Shown: positions 48,231-60,460 of the stretch, piece after piece
Layout: each line of letters starts with the position of its first letter
How positions within the stretch are numbered: the stretch's first letter is position 1
Assembly: GCA_976226885.1 (NCBI GenBank)
Contig: OZ320316.1
Span: 81,964,001-82,028,000 of the forward strand
Length of the DNA stretch: 64,000 bases
Source: Iphione sp. A-MEVVRFRX5
Lineage: Eukaryota
Reading direction: 5' to 3'
Notes under the pieces: generated by a model
Databases searched by the model: none
Seen by the model: the letters and a program-made list of their open reading frames with translations, nothing else
What the model was told of the DNA's origin: nothing
Position numbers and translations under genes: made by a program

Positions 48231-50957
48231 CTCATGGCCAATAAAGACAGGACAGGGGTTAGTAAAACCTATGGATGGCCTCGTGCTAATAGAGTCAAAC
48301 AGCGTTCATCATCATTATAATAAAAAGTAGGACTGCAAGTCACAATTACGAGTTGGTGTTCTGACTAGGGATAATTGCTCTATTGACAATTAGACATTAC
48401 GATAGCACAGAGAATTCAATATCCCTCTTCCTTGCTTCCCTTCATTCTCCAGTACGGCTCCATATCCGTTTTCCAGGCCAGGGGCGGTGTAGGATATGTC
48501 TATTACGAAGCCCACACCCAGCACTGAGGAATTCATCATGTCAAGCCTCAGCCAAGTACCTGTCACCAGTACTCACCAAAACATTTCTAAGTGCATCAGA
48601 CTGTCGTACATTACAGAGAGAAATATCCATTACTTAAATTTATATGTCGCGAACGAGCAGACTCTTAACTACACTATGTCTAATTGTCGGCAACCAGTAC
48701 CATTTACACTGTGTACTCTGTATATTTGGATTACATTTATATTAACATGATCCCTGTTACATTACAAAGGTTCATCAATCCCAATCCCCCTACCAAAAAG
48801 TTGTCATTGCATTTAAAAAAAAGGCAATCCCGCTACTTACACGTATACGCATGGGCTGATAAATGTAGCCAGTGTTTTAAACACGATTTTTGTCTTTTAC
48901 ATGCTTGGATAAAGGTAGAGCTGAAAGTCAGGCATTACAGTATAGCGTCTAGGGCCGGCACCCTTACCTCCATTAAATCGATAACAGACTTTCTTCGACA
49001 GACTCTTCCCGAGGCACCTCATTCCTATAGCTTCTGGGCTGTGAAACGGCTACCCTATCATTAACAAGGGATTGAGAGTAGTTTATCTCCATAAGAAATA
49101 CTGGACGGGTCACTTATTACAAGGCCCTCTCTTCTTGATTATCAGCGAGTGATTTTGGAATATGTAAGATCGGAGCAGCTTTCCACACCAACGAAAAGAG
49201 ATGTTCAGCATGTACAATTGTATACGCCTATGGGGCCTTTCTTCTTTGATAGCAAGTTTTTTTACCTCATCGAATCAAGATTGTCGGTGACAACTCCTAA
49301 TAGAATGCAATCTTTTCGACCTAAAAAACATCTCTAAACGTAATGTCTTCAACGATTTATCTTTTAGTTGAGCTTTGTTTGTTCGGTTCCGTGTTATTAT
49401 GATGATAATGTCCTGATCTTATTATGTACTCCACTCGGGAAACTTGATTTAGAGATTGGTGGATGATGGATGTCTCCCGGACGCATTTTCGATGGAAATT
49501 GTGACAAGAAAAGGTCTTGTATAAGGCCTTGTTGTCAGAAGAACAATATTAATTGTTTTCATTTGTGTTTTACCTGTCGTGTGACCTTCTTTCTCGTAGG
49601 CCGATTGGTTGCTTGTGTTCCAGCGTGATTTGTCAAGATAACCGTCCAGAAGGACGCCGATATGCAACTGCTCTGTACTATTGTAACGGTCGGACTGAGC
49701 TTCCAGACAATGTCTCTTTTCACACACAATCAGTCACAGTCTATTACTTCCTAAATCACTTTAAGAGCACCAGGGTCTTTGCCTCGTTTTATGCTTACAC
49801 AGGAAAGCCTCGTCCACACTTAAAGTTTTGAATTAATTCTATAGGCCTCATTCACTACTTTTTCCAGATAATAACGGAACTGCAAATATACTTTAATAGC
49901 ATGTTAACTTTTACTTGAGGCATCAATTCGATCATCATGCACACCCTAGCTACGATTCCTGACATTTTCTATCATGCTGTCTGTCACAGACTGTTCTCCA
50001 ATTCCCCTTTTCTTCCCTATGAGGTTTCTCCGAAAAGCTACGTGATACATGTCGCATTCTCCGGTCAGCGGAGGTAGTAGCTTCGCCATTATGAAATTGC
50101 TAAAAATTTGTTGACAGGAGAGATATTCTCACGCGCATGCCAGAGATATCATAGGTTTATGTACAACCTATACAGTTACCATAGACCAAATCTCTATTCT
50201 AAAACCATATGAACGTCCACATAAGAACGTTATTATATACATATAATGCATTGACATATTTGCCTTAACAGTAATGAGTGCTGAGGACATTAATAAAATA
50301 GGCACAGACATGGGAGATAAAACTACTTAGTACATTTCTATAGTTGTAATAAGCATGTTTAATTTCCCACTTGGTGGTATCCAGCTATGGCTACTATATT
50401 CCTGGCTTAGTTACTCCACCAGTATTGCCCAGTCAGGTAATCCCTAAGCCCACCCTTAAAGTTGCTCCGAGTGGTTTTGTGTTCCTAAGGTTCTCTGGAG
50501 AGACAAGAGCCACGACATAATTCAAGTGCAGATTAACTTTATTTGCCATACTGGACCCTATTTATAGCAATCCACAGTGTCATGTGATTTGGTGATGTAT
50601 TAATGCATGGAATAAAAGTGATACAACATATTCAGTGTTGTTCTATTTCACCAATCAGTGCACTAGCAAATGCTACAAGGTAGCAGGGGCCTGGATAACA
50701 AGGGGCCAAAGTCACCTCTAACATATGCCCTTATCACAACCAACCACGGTTTGTCTTATCCAAGTACAGGGGAAAGCCGAAATCTGAACACTCGATAACC
50801 AAATTTTTCAAAAAACCGAATGATATTTGTGGGAATGAAACATTTCTCTCTATGTAGCTACTCATAAAATTGAAATATTCAATTTCCAAATCTGAACACT
50901 GTTATTTTGTTAAAATGCATTAAAATACATTGAAATTATATTCAAAGACCATATGAT

Positions 50958-51312
50958 CACTCTCCCCTAAGTTTGTTATAAATCAAAGGGAGGTCAACTC
51001 ACACCTTGGCAAACTTACGGCGAGTCCGGGTCACTCTCCCCCATGTTCATTATGTATCAAAAGTTTATACTACTCATTGAAGGGCTTGCACCTTGGTGAG
51101 CTGACGGTGAGCCCAGGTCGCTCTCCCCCATGTTTGTTTTGTATCAAAGGTTTATACTACTCATTGAATGGCTCACACCTCGGCAGGCTGATGGCAAGAC
51201 CAGGTCGCTCTCCCCCAAGTTCCTTATAATTCAAAGGGAACTGCTACCATTTGATGGGCTTGCACCTTGGTGAGCTGACTGCAGGCCGGGCCACTCTCTC
51301 CACAGTTAGTTA
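50958..51312. repeat. Tandem array, ~87-bp unit, about 4.3 copies (inside MITE 1)
   Basis: c(a/g)ctctcccc anchors at 50958, 51032, 51119, 51206 and 51292. Confidence 0.9.
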
Positions 51313-51319
51313 TAATTTG

Positions 51320-51440
51320 GATGAATTTGCCTTAGTTTTGCCGATTTTTGGACGAATTTGGCGTAGTTTTGCCGATTTTTGAACGAATTTGGCTTAGTTT
51401 TGCCGATTTTCAGACAAGTTTGGCTGTGTTTTGATGATTT
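51320..51440. repeat. Tandem array, 31-bp unit x4 (inside MITE 1)
   Basis: gacgaatttggcgtagttttgccgattttt-like units. Confidence 0.92.
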
Positions 51441-51543
51441 TCAGTACAATTTGTCATTATTCAAAATCCAAATTTTCCAAAATCCGAACAATTTGGCAGA
51501 AATGGCAATCGTTTCGTTTTGGAGTGTTATCTGTACCTTAAAA

Positions 51544-52470
51544 CCAGTCCCAGGGTCACCAAGTGCACCTCTTCAAACCGTGGCACCATGATTTCTCCTA
51601 TTTAACCATGGTATTAGGGTCACCAAGTATATCTTAACAGACTGTGGCACCACAACTTAATACCAGTGCCAGGGTTACGTAAGTACATCTCACCAAACCG
51701 TGGCACCACAACTTCTTATACTCAACTATAGTACCAGGGTCACTAAGTACAGAGGAAAGTTGAAATCCGAACACTCGAAATCCGAATTTTCCCAAAACCG
51801 AACAATATTTCCAGGAACCAAACGTTTTTCTCTATCTAGACACTCATGTATCCGAAATATGCAATTTCCGAGTCCGAACGTTGGTATTTCATTAAAATTA
51901 GTTAAAATTGTACTCAAAAACCGAATGCTTTGTCTTCCTCGGAGGTTACAAGTAGAATACAGATGTGCGAAACAATTACATAACAATGATATGCGGGCTG
52001 TGAGGAGTAACAGAACAAAGTGCAGAGCAACTAACATAGAGTGAAAGTCAAATACAGACGTGCAAAACAATTACATAACAGCAATATGCTGGCCAGAGTG
52101 ACCTAAAGTAAGAGAACAAAGAGTGACAAACAAGGGTTTATGCACACTTTCTCCCTGAAATTTGCCGTTTTTCGGCACTGTCTCCATGGAATTTGCCACA
52201 ATCTCCATGAAATATTCATTTTTTGGCACTTTCTCCATGGAATTTGCCACAGTCTCCATAAAATAGTTGTTTTTCGGCACTTTGGCCTGAGTGATTGAAA
52301 GTAACACCCACTATTCAAAATCTGAATTTTCCCAAAACTGAACGATTTGGGGGGAAACGGCAATCGTTCAGATTTTGAATATCCTCTGTACATCCTATCA
52401 GACCATGGCACCATGACTTCATACCAGTACCAGAGTCACTTAAGTATACTTGTCAGACTGTGGCACCACG
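51544..52470. repeat. Tandem array of ~57-65 bp units (ccagggtcaccaagta...gtggcacc), interrupted by MITE 2
   Basis: Units at 51544-51749 resume at 52389-52470 after the insertion. Confidence 0.8.
51750..52388. mobile_element. Non-autonomous pogo/Tc1-like MITE copy 2 with TA target-site duplication
   Basis: Left end TA|CAGAGGAAAGTTGAAATCCGAAC versus reverse complement of the right end TA|CAGAGGATATTCAAAATCTGAAC. Contains internal 51-bp repeats at 52169-52290. Confidence 0.8.
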
Positions 52471-53299
52471 ACTCCCTACATAGTGCTAAAATGGATCGTT
52501 GATTCACTTTAAAAATGCACCTTTCCAGGATGCTTCCACCAAAACATTCCTTTTGATATACCAGCGGAACACTGTTTCAACGAAGGCTACATAATGACCT
52601 AGCCTATGATGAGTTGGCAGGAATAAAGTTTGTGTATCACCCATGTTGTTTGCTGTTTCAACTTTTAGGACATAGTTGAGACTTTGGAGGAGGGGGGCAG
52701 TGTTGCTGTGGCATGTGGCATGTGGCATATGGCACAGTGGACCATGCTTTGGAGTGCAGCACATGGGTGGCAATGACAATGACGATTTTATTCTCTACTT
52801 CCCACTTTCGGGGTATAAGAGCGTACAGAATAAGATGAAGAGTAAGCAAAAACAAACATCAAACAAAACATATTAACAAGGTTGGTTAGCATCAGTAGTC
52901 ACCAGATTGGTTGTATGCGCCACACTTCGACATATAAAGACTAGAAGCATCATTTTTACTAATGTTTCATGTTCAATATAGCCTGTTCAATATGATGTAA
53001 ATAATTGTTTAATAACTCTTTGGAAATTGGGCCATGATGATTTTGATCACTTTGGCAAGACTTCTTAATTATTTAATGTTTTTAGTGTTAACAAGCGCCT
53101 TCAGCACTTGCAGAGAGAGAGAGAGAGGGGGGGTTAAAGGTGACAGCCCCTGGCTCTTTGTTTATATTCATGGTCAAGGTTAAGTCATTGGTGTATTCCT
53201 ACACCCAACTAAACAGTAGTGCCAGAATTTTGCTGTTCTTTCTTTTATATTCGGTTTTCTAGCACAAAATGTGTCTTTGTCATCACCTGTTCTAAAGAC

Positions 53300-54350
53300 A
53301 TTTCCAAAATACATGTGTAAATAAAATAAATAATGTCTATTTCTAAAATCACACCACTGAGATGAGACTTCACTGGGGACAGACTACTTTCAGGTGCCAT
53401 CTTTAATAAGGAGTGTAAACAGTTGAGACATTTTAATAGCATTGGGTCTGCACCTGTAATGTTCCTTAACGTATTTTGCCATATGCTCCTTTATGGGTGG
53501 ACATACAAAAGAGTAATTGAAATTATCTCCCTGCTCTTTTAGTGTGCAGTGATTCCACAGTTGAATACTATATTTAGCACTAAATCTATCATTCTTTACT
53601 GGCAAGTTATGGTTTCCACAGCAGAATTTGCTTAATATTACTCTGTTTCCTACATCAAAGTCAAGGAGGTAGTTTTCAAGACTGATTTCTTGCTTAAACA
53701 TTCTATAATTGGTACATAGCTTATTTCTGTGGGTTCTACTCTTCCAATTTTGACTATGTCTCTGATTCTTAGGTCTATTTGCATTCTTGGAACTAGACTG
53801 CAGATAGACCACATTGGTCTAGTGTACCTTTGATTTCAGACATCCACTTAGATTTGAATTTTCACTTATCATGTAGTTGGTGTAACATTTTGTATAGAAT
53901 GTATGAAGCCTGGTTTCTTTACCCATAGGTATGTATCCTGGTCCAGAAGTTCACTATTCTCATATCAATCTGACCTGCAAGGCTGAAGCATCCGAGTTCT
54001 CCATATGTCATACAGTTCACTGATCCCCTATGAATTTTTCATAAATTCTTCATGAAAAATCTTTTATGAAACATTTAATTTGGTGTGTGTTTTGAAAGTC
54101 CCAGATTTCACATCCATATGTCAGAATAGGTGTTACTACCTGGTCAAAAAGCTCTGTTTGAATATCCATTTTGGAGACAGATTTCTTGCATTGATATTGA
54201 GACTGAACATAGCTCACTTTTTCCCAGGTAACCTGTTTGTTTATGGCTTTGCTAAACTGACCATTATAGCTGAAGGGTGTGCCTAGGTATGGTTATTTAT
54301 CAATAACTTCTAGGACCTTATCACTAAATCTCAAGTCTGGCCGGGGCATT
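53300..54350 (-). mobile_element. Degraded LINE ORF2 3' part (RT thumb and C-terminal Cys/His region; clade uncertain, RTEX/L2-like)
   Basis: The minus strand reads LEVIDK*PYLG..FSYNG, ELFDQVVTPILTYGCEIW, GELGCFSL...IVNFW, SKFCCGNHNLP, and C...GDNFNYSFVC...PNAIK. Confidence 0.8.
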
Positions 54351-55960
54351 GAACACATTCTTGTAAAAAGCTGGCCCCTGGGGTCATTCATGTCACTTCT
54401 GCTCTGGTTCAGTAGTAAATCTTCACTATTGCATCATGTCTTACGTAGTGGCTGCTACAACAAACGTCTGAGTGGATTGCAACTGTTTTCATTATCTAAA
54501 CAGGCCGATGATGGTACTGGCAGGTGACACGTTCAGGCTGCATTTCCATGTTAGCACAACTCCCATTTGTGTTTGCACTTAGACCACAAAGAATCCATAC
54601 TCCTCTTATCAGGACACGTCCCAATCGAAAGAATATGGATTTCATGTTGTTTAGAGCGTCCACAGACAAGGAACCCGTGTGTGTGAAGTTGAGACCTTAT
54701 TCTGTCCCTAGTTTCACCAGGTCAAATAAACATTTACGAATTAAATAAATAAACAGTGTTCTCTTCGTTTGTTATTGTTACAGTGAATTAATATTGCTAT
54801 AGTGCTGATCCAAGAAATCACTCTGCTATCTCGCCTTGTACTCCACTTATTCAATGAAATTTGTCGCAGAAAACAACGTGCATGTAAGTACAAAGGTGGT
54901 TTCCCAAGGGACCTCTATCGAATTAACATGTATATCAAAATCTCACTGTCTGGATCGTCTTGAACAGGAAAAGGATGTAGTACAAATACTCATCTAGCAA
55001 TGTATCTATATTAGTCTACTGTACAAATTGCCCCCGATTTGATCTTAAAGACGGATGGATATCTGATACAAATCCTACACACTTCATAGGCTGATCTCCA
55101 CCTCCAATTCTATGCCACTGTACATATATTTGTTCTATGTCTGGTTCGGTGTCATTTGCATTAAATGATATTGTTTCGAGATGGTGGAAACCGGACTAAA
55201 TCATTTTCACTCCAATCTCAACCTCCCTCAGATAGAAACATTGTTGAAAAACGTTTGAATCGACAGTTCCTACTTGGACATTTTTTGTTATCAGATGAAC
55301 GACCGTATCTGTAAAGTTTAACCGCACCACTGGATGTATAATAAAAAGATATGTAATATTAACCAATTCTGTATCTAATTGATCTCAAACCATTGTTGTT
55401 GTACATGTACTTTTGTATGCACAGATATTTGTATATCGACATATAAATGCTTGTCTGTGAACCTAACGTGAAATTCTACCATATCTTTCGATCATCTGTT
55501 TGCAATCGTCTCATGAAACTGGTGTATCACAGGGATGCCCCTGTTGTAATTCTGGTGTCATAATATAGTCTCTCAGACTATGCTGTAGATTCACTTCGTT
55601 ATGGTAGGAAAGAGGTGACAAATTGAAGGATACGCAATGCATCTTAAATCACCCTCGACAACTACTTGTGCTTTGCATCCTACCGGGAAATCGAATAAGG
55701 CACCTTATGGTACAATCCACGCGACTTCATCTGTCGTGCCATATCAAACACTAATCACTAAGATGCATCCCTAGGGTCATCATCAAAGTGTTCTGTGGAG
55801 CTACAATCCACGCGATTACATCCTTGATTAAATAACACGTGTGCTCTGGAGCTGCAAATATCCGTACCGCAAGTAATCGATCCTACCTTAGACAGCTCAT
55901 ATACTCAATCAAACATGCATATTTTATGTATGCTTCTTATTGTCGACCTTATGCATATAG

Positions 55961-56016
55961 CAGTACAGTATGATGCATATACCAGTACAGTATGATGCAT
56001 ATACCAGTACAGTATG
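55961..56016. repeat. 22-bp tandem repeat x2.5
   Basis: cagtacagtatgatgcatatac units at 55961, 55983 and 56005. Confidence 0.92.
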
Positions 56017-56749
56017 CTTAACCATGCGGCATAAGATCGAATGAAACTGTTCAGTTTACGTTTTTGGAATGATTGTAAACGGGGCGCTTAGAGCAGAGAG
56101 TACTGAATATCTATGATGTACATGTATAGTGCTAAACGCCCAACAAAATAACTTCTTTTGAGTATACTCATTGGTCTCTAAACGTGTGGATACAACGAAA
56201 CTAAAGCGACAGGGAAATGTGACAAGTACAAACACATATACATGTACATGTGTATGAAAATAATATGCTTTTTCATTTATGCGCTTAATCATAGCACTGC
56301 AGGCATACAAGTGTGACAAGTTCTCTTTCGTCACCCCTTGCTCCAAGTCATTTTAGGCTCTTTCCCCCTTTTTTCGACCCTTTTTCCTATACCGTAGGGG
56401 CTGTAACTTTGCTCCAGACTATGTGGTCCTCTAGAACAAAATGTACCGACTTCTGTGTAAAACGAGAGGGCCGCCTTTTGTAATGAACGAAATCCTGCGG
56501 GGCCATCCCACGCACGCGCCGATGGACCGACAAACGATGTCGCTACTGACTGCGAATGACCCGTCCGGCCCAATCCTGTCCACGGCCCAGCACTGCAGCT
56601 CGAAGCGCAGACCAATTTTCCAGTCAAACCCACCCGGGCCATTGCCTGCCGCCCCGTTGGGAATCGATGGACTAGCCAGGCCGTTTTGAGCTGGTTCTTT
56701 CCAATGTGAAACATTAGGGAAATGTCAATATACATGCAAGAGAAATATT

Positions 56750-57650
56750 TTTATCTCCCAGATGGCTGTGTCGGACTACCAGGATGGATCCCATTGGCGA
56801 AACAAGTGATCCATTTCAATTTCAAGTATACGCCTAAGGAATATATTTGGATTGAAAATGATGGATCTACTTCGGTTCCATAGAGGTACCTGACCTCATA
56901 TCCTGATGCGGCATTCCGCCTTATGGAATATTCAGTCAATGTTTACAAGAACTAGGAAACCCTTGTCTGACTGTAGAAATTCTTTATCCAACCTGGCGGT
57001 GCGTTAGCCTCTTGTGAATGTTTACATTTTGAAAAGAAGGGGTCCTGCATTTACTGTCTACTTGCATTATCAATTCTTGATCTAATCTGCATTTATCTAC
57101 CATAATAGGTATTCTGGTTCTTCTTAAATATACGGCCAGGTTTTGTGTATAAGGATGCATGTTACTCAATCCTTGCCTTAAGGGACCCATAAATATAGAG
57201 ATACTTGGGTTAAAACCCTTAGCGTCCTTCGCAGTTATAAAGATGGATATGCTTTAAAGATTTAGAATAGAAGAACCGTTGTTCTTTTTGGTAACATACA
57301 ACCCCTTCTTTGGCATATCTGATTTAGCTCACCTCATATATTCTAATCAGAGAGATTTCCTTTGTAATCATGTTTCATGTAATGCAATCTTGTACCAAGA
57401 GTCTTCGGGTCTTCACGAACATTAATGTAAAAATGTAGATTGATAACCCTTTGTCAGCGCAGTGTATCCTTAGAGATAACTGCTTTTCGGCTAAATTCCA
57501 AAGAAGCAAACAAATTGCTGAAGAAGCATTTGCAAACGTGATGTGATGTTGCGATCGCATCTGAAGTATTTTATTTGTTCATTGAAAATATGCGAAGATT
57601 GTGTTTATATGCATCACATAATCATTATCACGTGCCATATCAACCGTACT
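56750..57650 (-). mobile_element. Highly degraded LINE RT fragment
   Basis: Weak motifs in plausible order: IYIFTL (DHIFTL-like), GPLRQG and YSLGVYL..KW. Confidence 0.35.
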
Positions 57651-59019
57651 TAGCCACCCTGTCTATCTTTGATTCTATCTCTCATCCAAATATTATGTCA
57701 CAAACTTTAAAAAAACTTTTCTTGAGATTTTACATGTATGGCACAGTTGATTTGATGTATAAATGAGCCTGGCCTAGTCAGTTCATACCACAACCCTTGC
57801 AACATTAATGCCCTGCACTTCATAATCGATTTCTCTTGTTTGTTTTGGACCCCACAAAATATGCCTGTGTAACCTGTTGGTGACAGAATTCCAAACATAA
57901 CCACCTACACCAATATGTTGTAGTAAATGTTACCTCAAATACAAAGGATTGTTGATTTATTTGGTGGGACTAACTGCAACTTGTAACTATAGAATGTACA
58001 CCACACCTGTAGGTTTGATTAGTAGGCTTTATTCTTCACAGTGCTACAGTACAGCATCAGCATCAGCATGGGCAAGTGCAATGAGAGTGTCAGAACAACT
58101 ATCTTATATACTCAAATCCCTTTGACAAACTTTGTGCACAAACATTGCGTGATCTGGATATAACAATTAATTTAAGGTAGCTACACAATAATTGCCATAT
58201 TTTACCATTGTGACATCACAACACCACATACCCAGGGTACCTCGTAAGATGTAAATGATAAGACTACCTTGTTCACTTGCAACTCAATACAAAAGACAAT
58301 GTTATTACACTTGTTCAACAAGAACGGTTTCTGATTAGCGCTGGTTCCAAGAACATGAGTACTCTAGATGAAAAATTTTGTTTACACACTTAGTTGTACT
58401 TCATACAAGGCTTCTCTTAGTAACTTATAACTGTAAACTATACAATTCACAGCACTTTAGAGCAATATTTCAAACATCATACTCTCTATCACAAACAGTA
58501 CTGTGTTGAAAACTCAATGTTTTGCTTGTTGCCCTGTGAAGACAGTCATGTAACAACTATATGATTCCATAATGTGACATGCAATGTCTATATCATTAAA
58601 GCATGGCTGCCATCTTTAACTCTCTATGTACCTATTTAGGAAAGTGTGGTAACATCATACATTTTGAACTGTCACCTGTCAATGATTATATGGATTATAG
58701 CCAGCAAAATTAATGCTCTTAAAACAGACACAGACAAGTGTATACATACAAGATGTTTATTTCTGAAGCAGAAAGGCATGCTTGGCAGTGAAATGACATC
58801 AGTAAACTTTTGAAAATTACTGAAGATATACATACTTCAATTCTAATGAATTAACATCAAAGCAATCAATATCTATACAGGTTGCGAGATGGACTCAAAC
58901 TTATTTTATTGATAGAATAGAGCTGTACAATAATTACTTTTTTGCTGTCTTTCAAAAGAATGAAAATACCTGTATCAATCTAGTCAATCATGCTTTTGTG
59001 ATTCAGCAGCAATTGAAGA

Positions 59020-60460
59020 TCAAACAGCAGAATTATATGCAGAAGACGCTTGAGGTTAGACTTTAGAAGAGGAGGTTGCAAACTATCACTAATTTTGTGC
59101 TTTGGGGCTGCATAAGGCCTTTTATGAGCTCTAACAGCAATGGATTTATGTCCACTTCTAGATGTTATTGCCTGTTTGTCAAACTCATTGTCATAGAGTG
59201 TTGTACAACAGATGACTTTTCCAGAATGACCAGTAGTCACTCTCCCTTCCATTGAAAAAGAGATCATGTCTTTCATAATTTATTTATGCCCATGCTTTGA
59301 GAACTGAACATGATTTTTCCATAAACATTTGACAAAGGCCTTTTGTAGAATCGACCATTCTGAGGAATAGACTGGAGGTATTTGTCAAAGATTTTAACAA
59401 CACAGCATGGGTTTTCTGGTTATGAATAATGTTTAACCTGTCTTGGTGTACAATCAGAATTGAATTTTATGGTAATCATCTTAGCTAAATTACCATTATA
59501 GAAAATATATCTGCCACCATCTTGATCGTGACCAAATGTGTATTCTACAGCCATTAGACTGCTGTGCTCATCTTTTGTTCTAAATCTAAATATTTTGCAA
59601 TTATAGAAATACACTGCATATGAAAGGGATAAGGCATCTCTGAAAACAATGATCTCACTATCCCATAGTCTACCTTTATCATAAGCAGACACTGGATCAG
59701 CACAAGAGGGTGTAGTGCCCACTCCTTTGGCCTTAATCACCTCTCTCTGGCATCGAGGTTATCATGAAACATCTTGAAATTCTTGTTATCTTTCTTCAGT
59801 AGCCAGATGTTGGGGCCTATGGGGAGAATCATGCTTTACCTCTGAAGTCCAGCCAAAATATTCATCAACATTCCTGAAAAATATGAGGAGGACATATTAA
59901 GAATGTAATTCAATAAGAAAGCCTTAAACCTATAAAAATTAATGAAAAACAAGTGAAAATATACACACCTGGTAGATATTGTGAATTGTCTTTTTTCCTT
60001 ATTAACGTGATGAAGCACACCAACCAATAGTCAAGCCCAGGGAGGTCAGCACTATTCAGAGACAGAATCAGTCACTGGTAATCCTGCTTAGAATCTTTGG
60101 CCCAATTACGTAACATACACCATTCCTTGAATAATGAAAATGCCTATTTTGATGCCAATTGAGTATTTTTCAGAATGTGTTGATCCAATGTAGATTGAAA
60201 TTTGTGAGGCAACAACACAGGGTCAGACCTGGCTTTGAGATGAGAATAATCAACAGCAGCTGACTGGGGGAGAGTAATCAACAGCAGCTGACTGGAGAGT
60301 CTCTGGAGGAGTTTCCGAAACAGCAGAAGCAGTTGTCAGCATAGTATACATTTGTCAGAAGAATCCTCCTGTGTATTCTCAGCATATGTGCCTTCTAATG
60401 CCTCCACATGAGAGAGGAGATCCAGATCTAAGTCAAACATTTATTAATCCATCTTCCAGT
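59020..60460 (-). mobile_element. Crypton-type DNA transposon relic (DUF3504 tyrosine recombinase), pseudogenised
   Basis: The minus strand reads KNTQ..SK*AFSLFKEW..RN, CFITLIRKKDNSQY, ILAGLQR, NFKMFHDNLD, KGVG...ADPVS..LWD, AVYFYNCKIFRFRTKDEHSSL, CVVKIFDKYL..P...FYKRPL, MGINKL, TGHSGK..CTTLYD..FDKQAITSRSGHKSIAVRAHKRP. This motif order matches DUF3504/CryptonA. Confidence 0.88.

Larger units (their letters stand above)
50767..51533. mobile_element. Non-autonomous pogo/Tc1-like MITE copy 1
   Basis: TA|CAGGGGAAAGCCGAAATCTGAAC...TTATCTG|TA. Its ends resemble those of copy 2. Confidence 0.6.

Noticed and set aside
50958-52470. Tandem arrays as a CRISPR-like locus
   Set aside because: The units diverge throughout with no unique spacers, no cas genes are present, and the context is eukaryotic.
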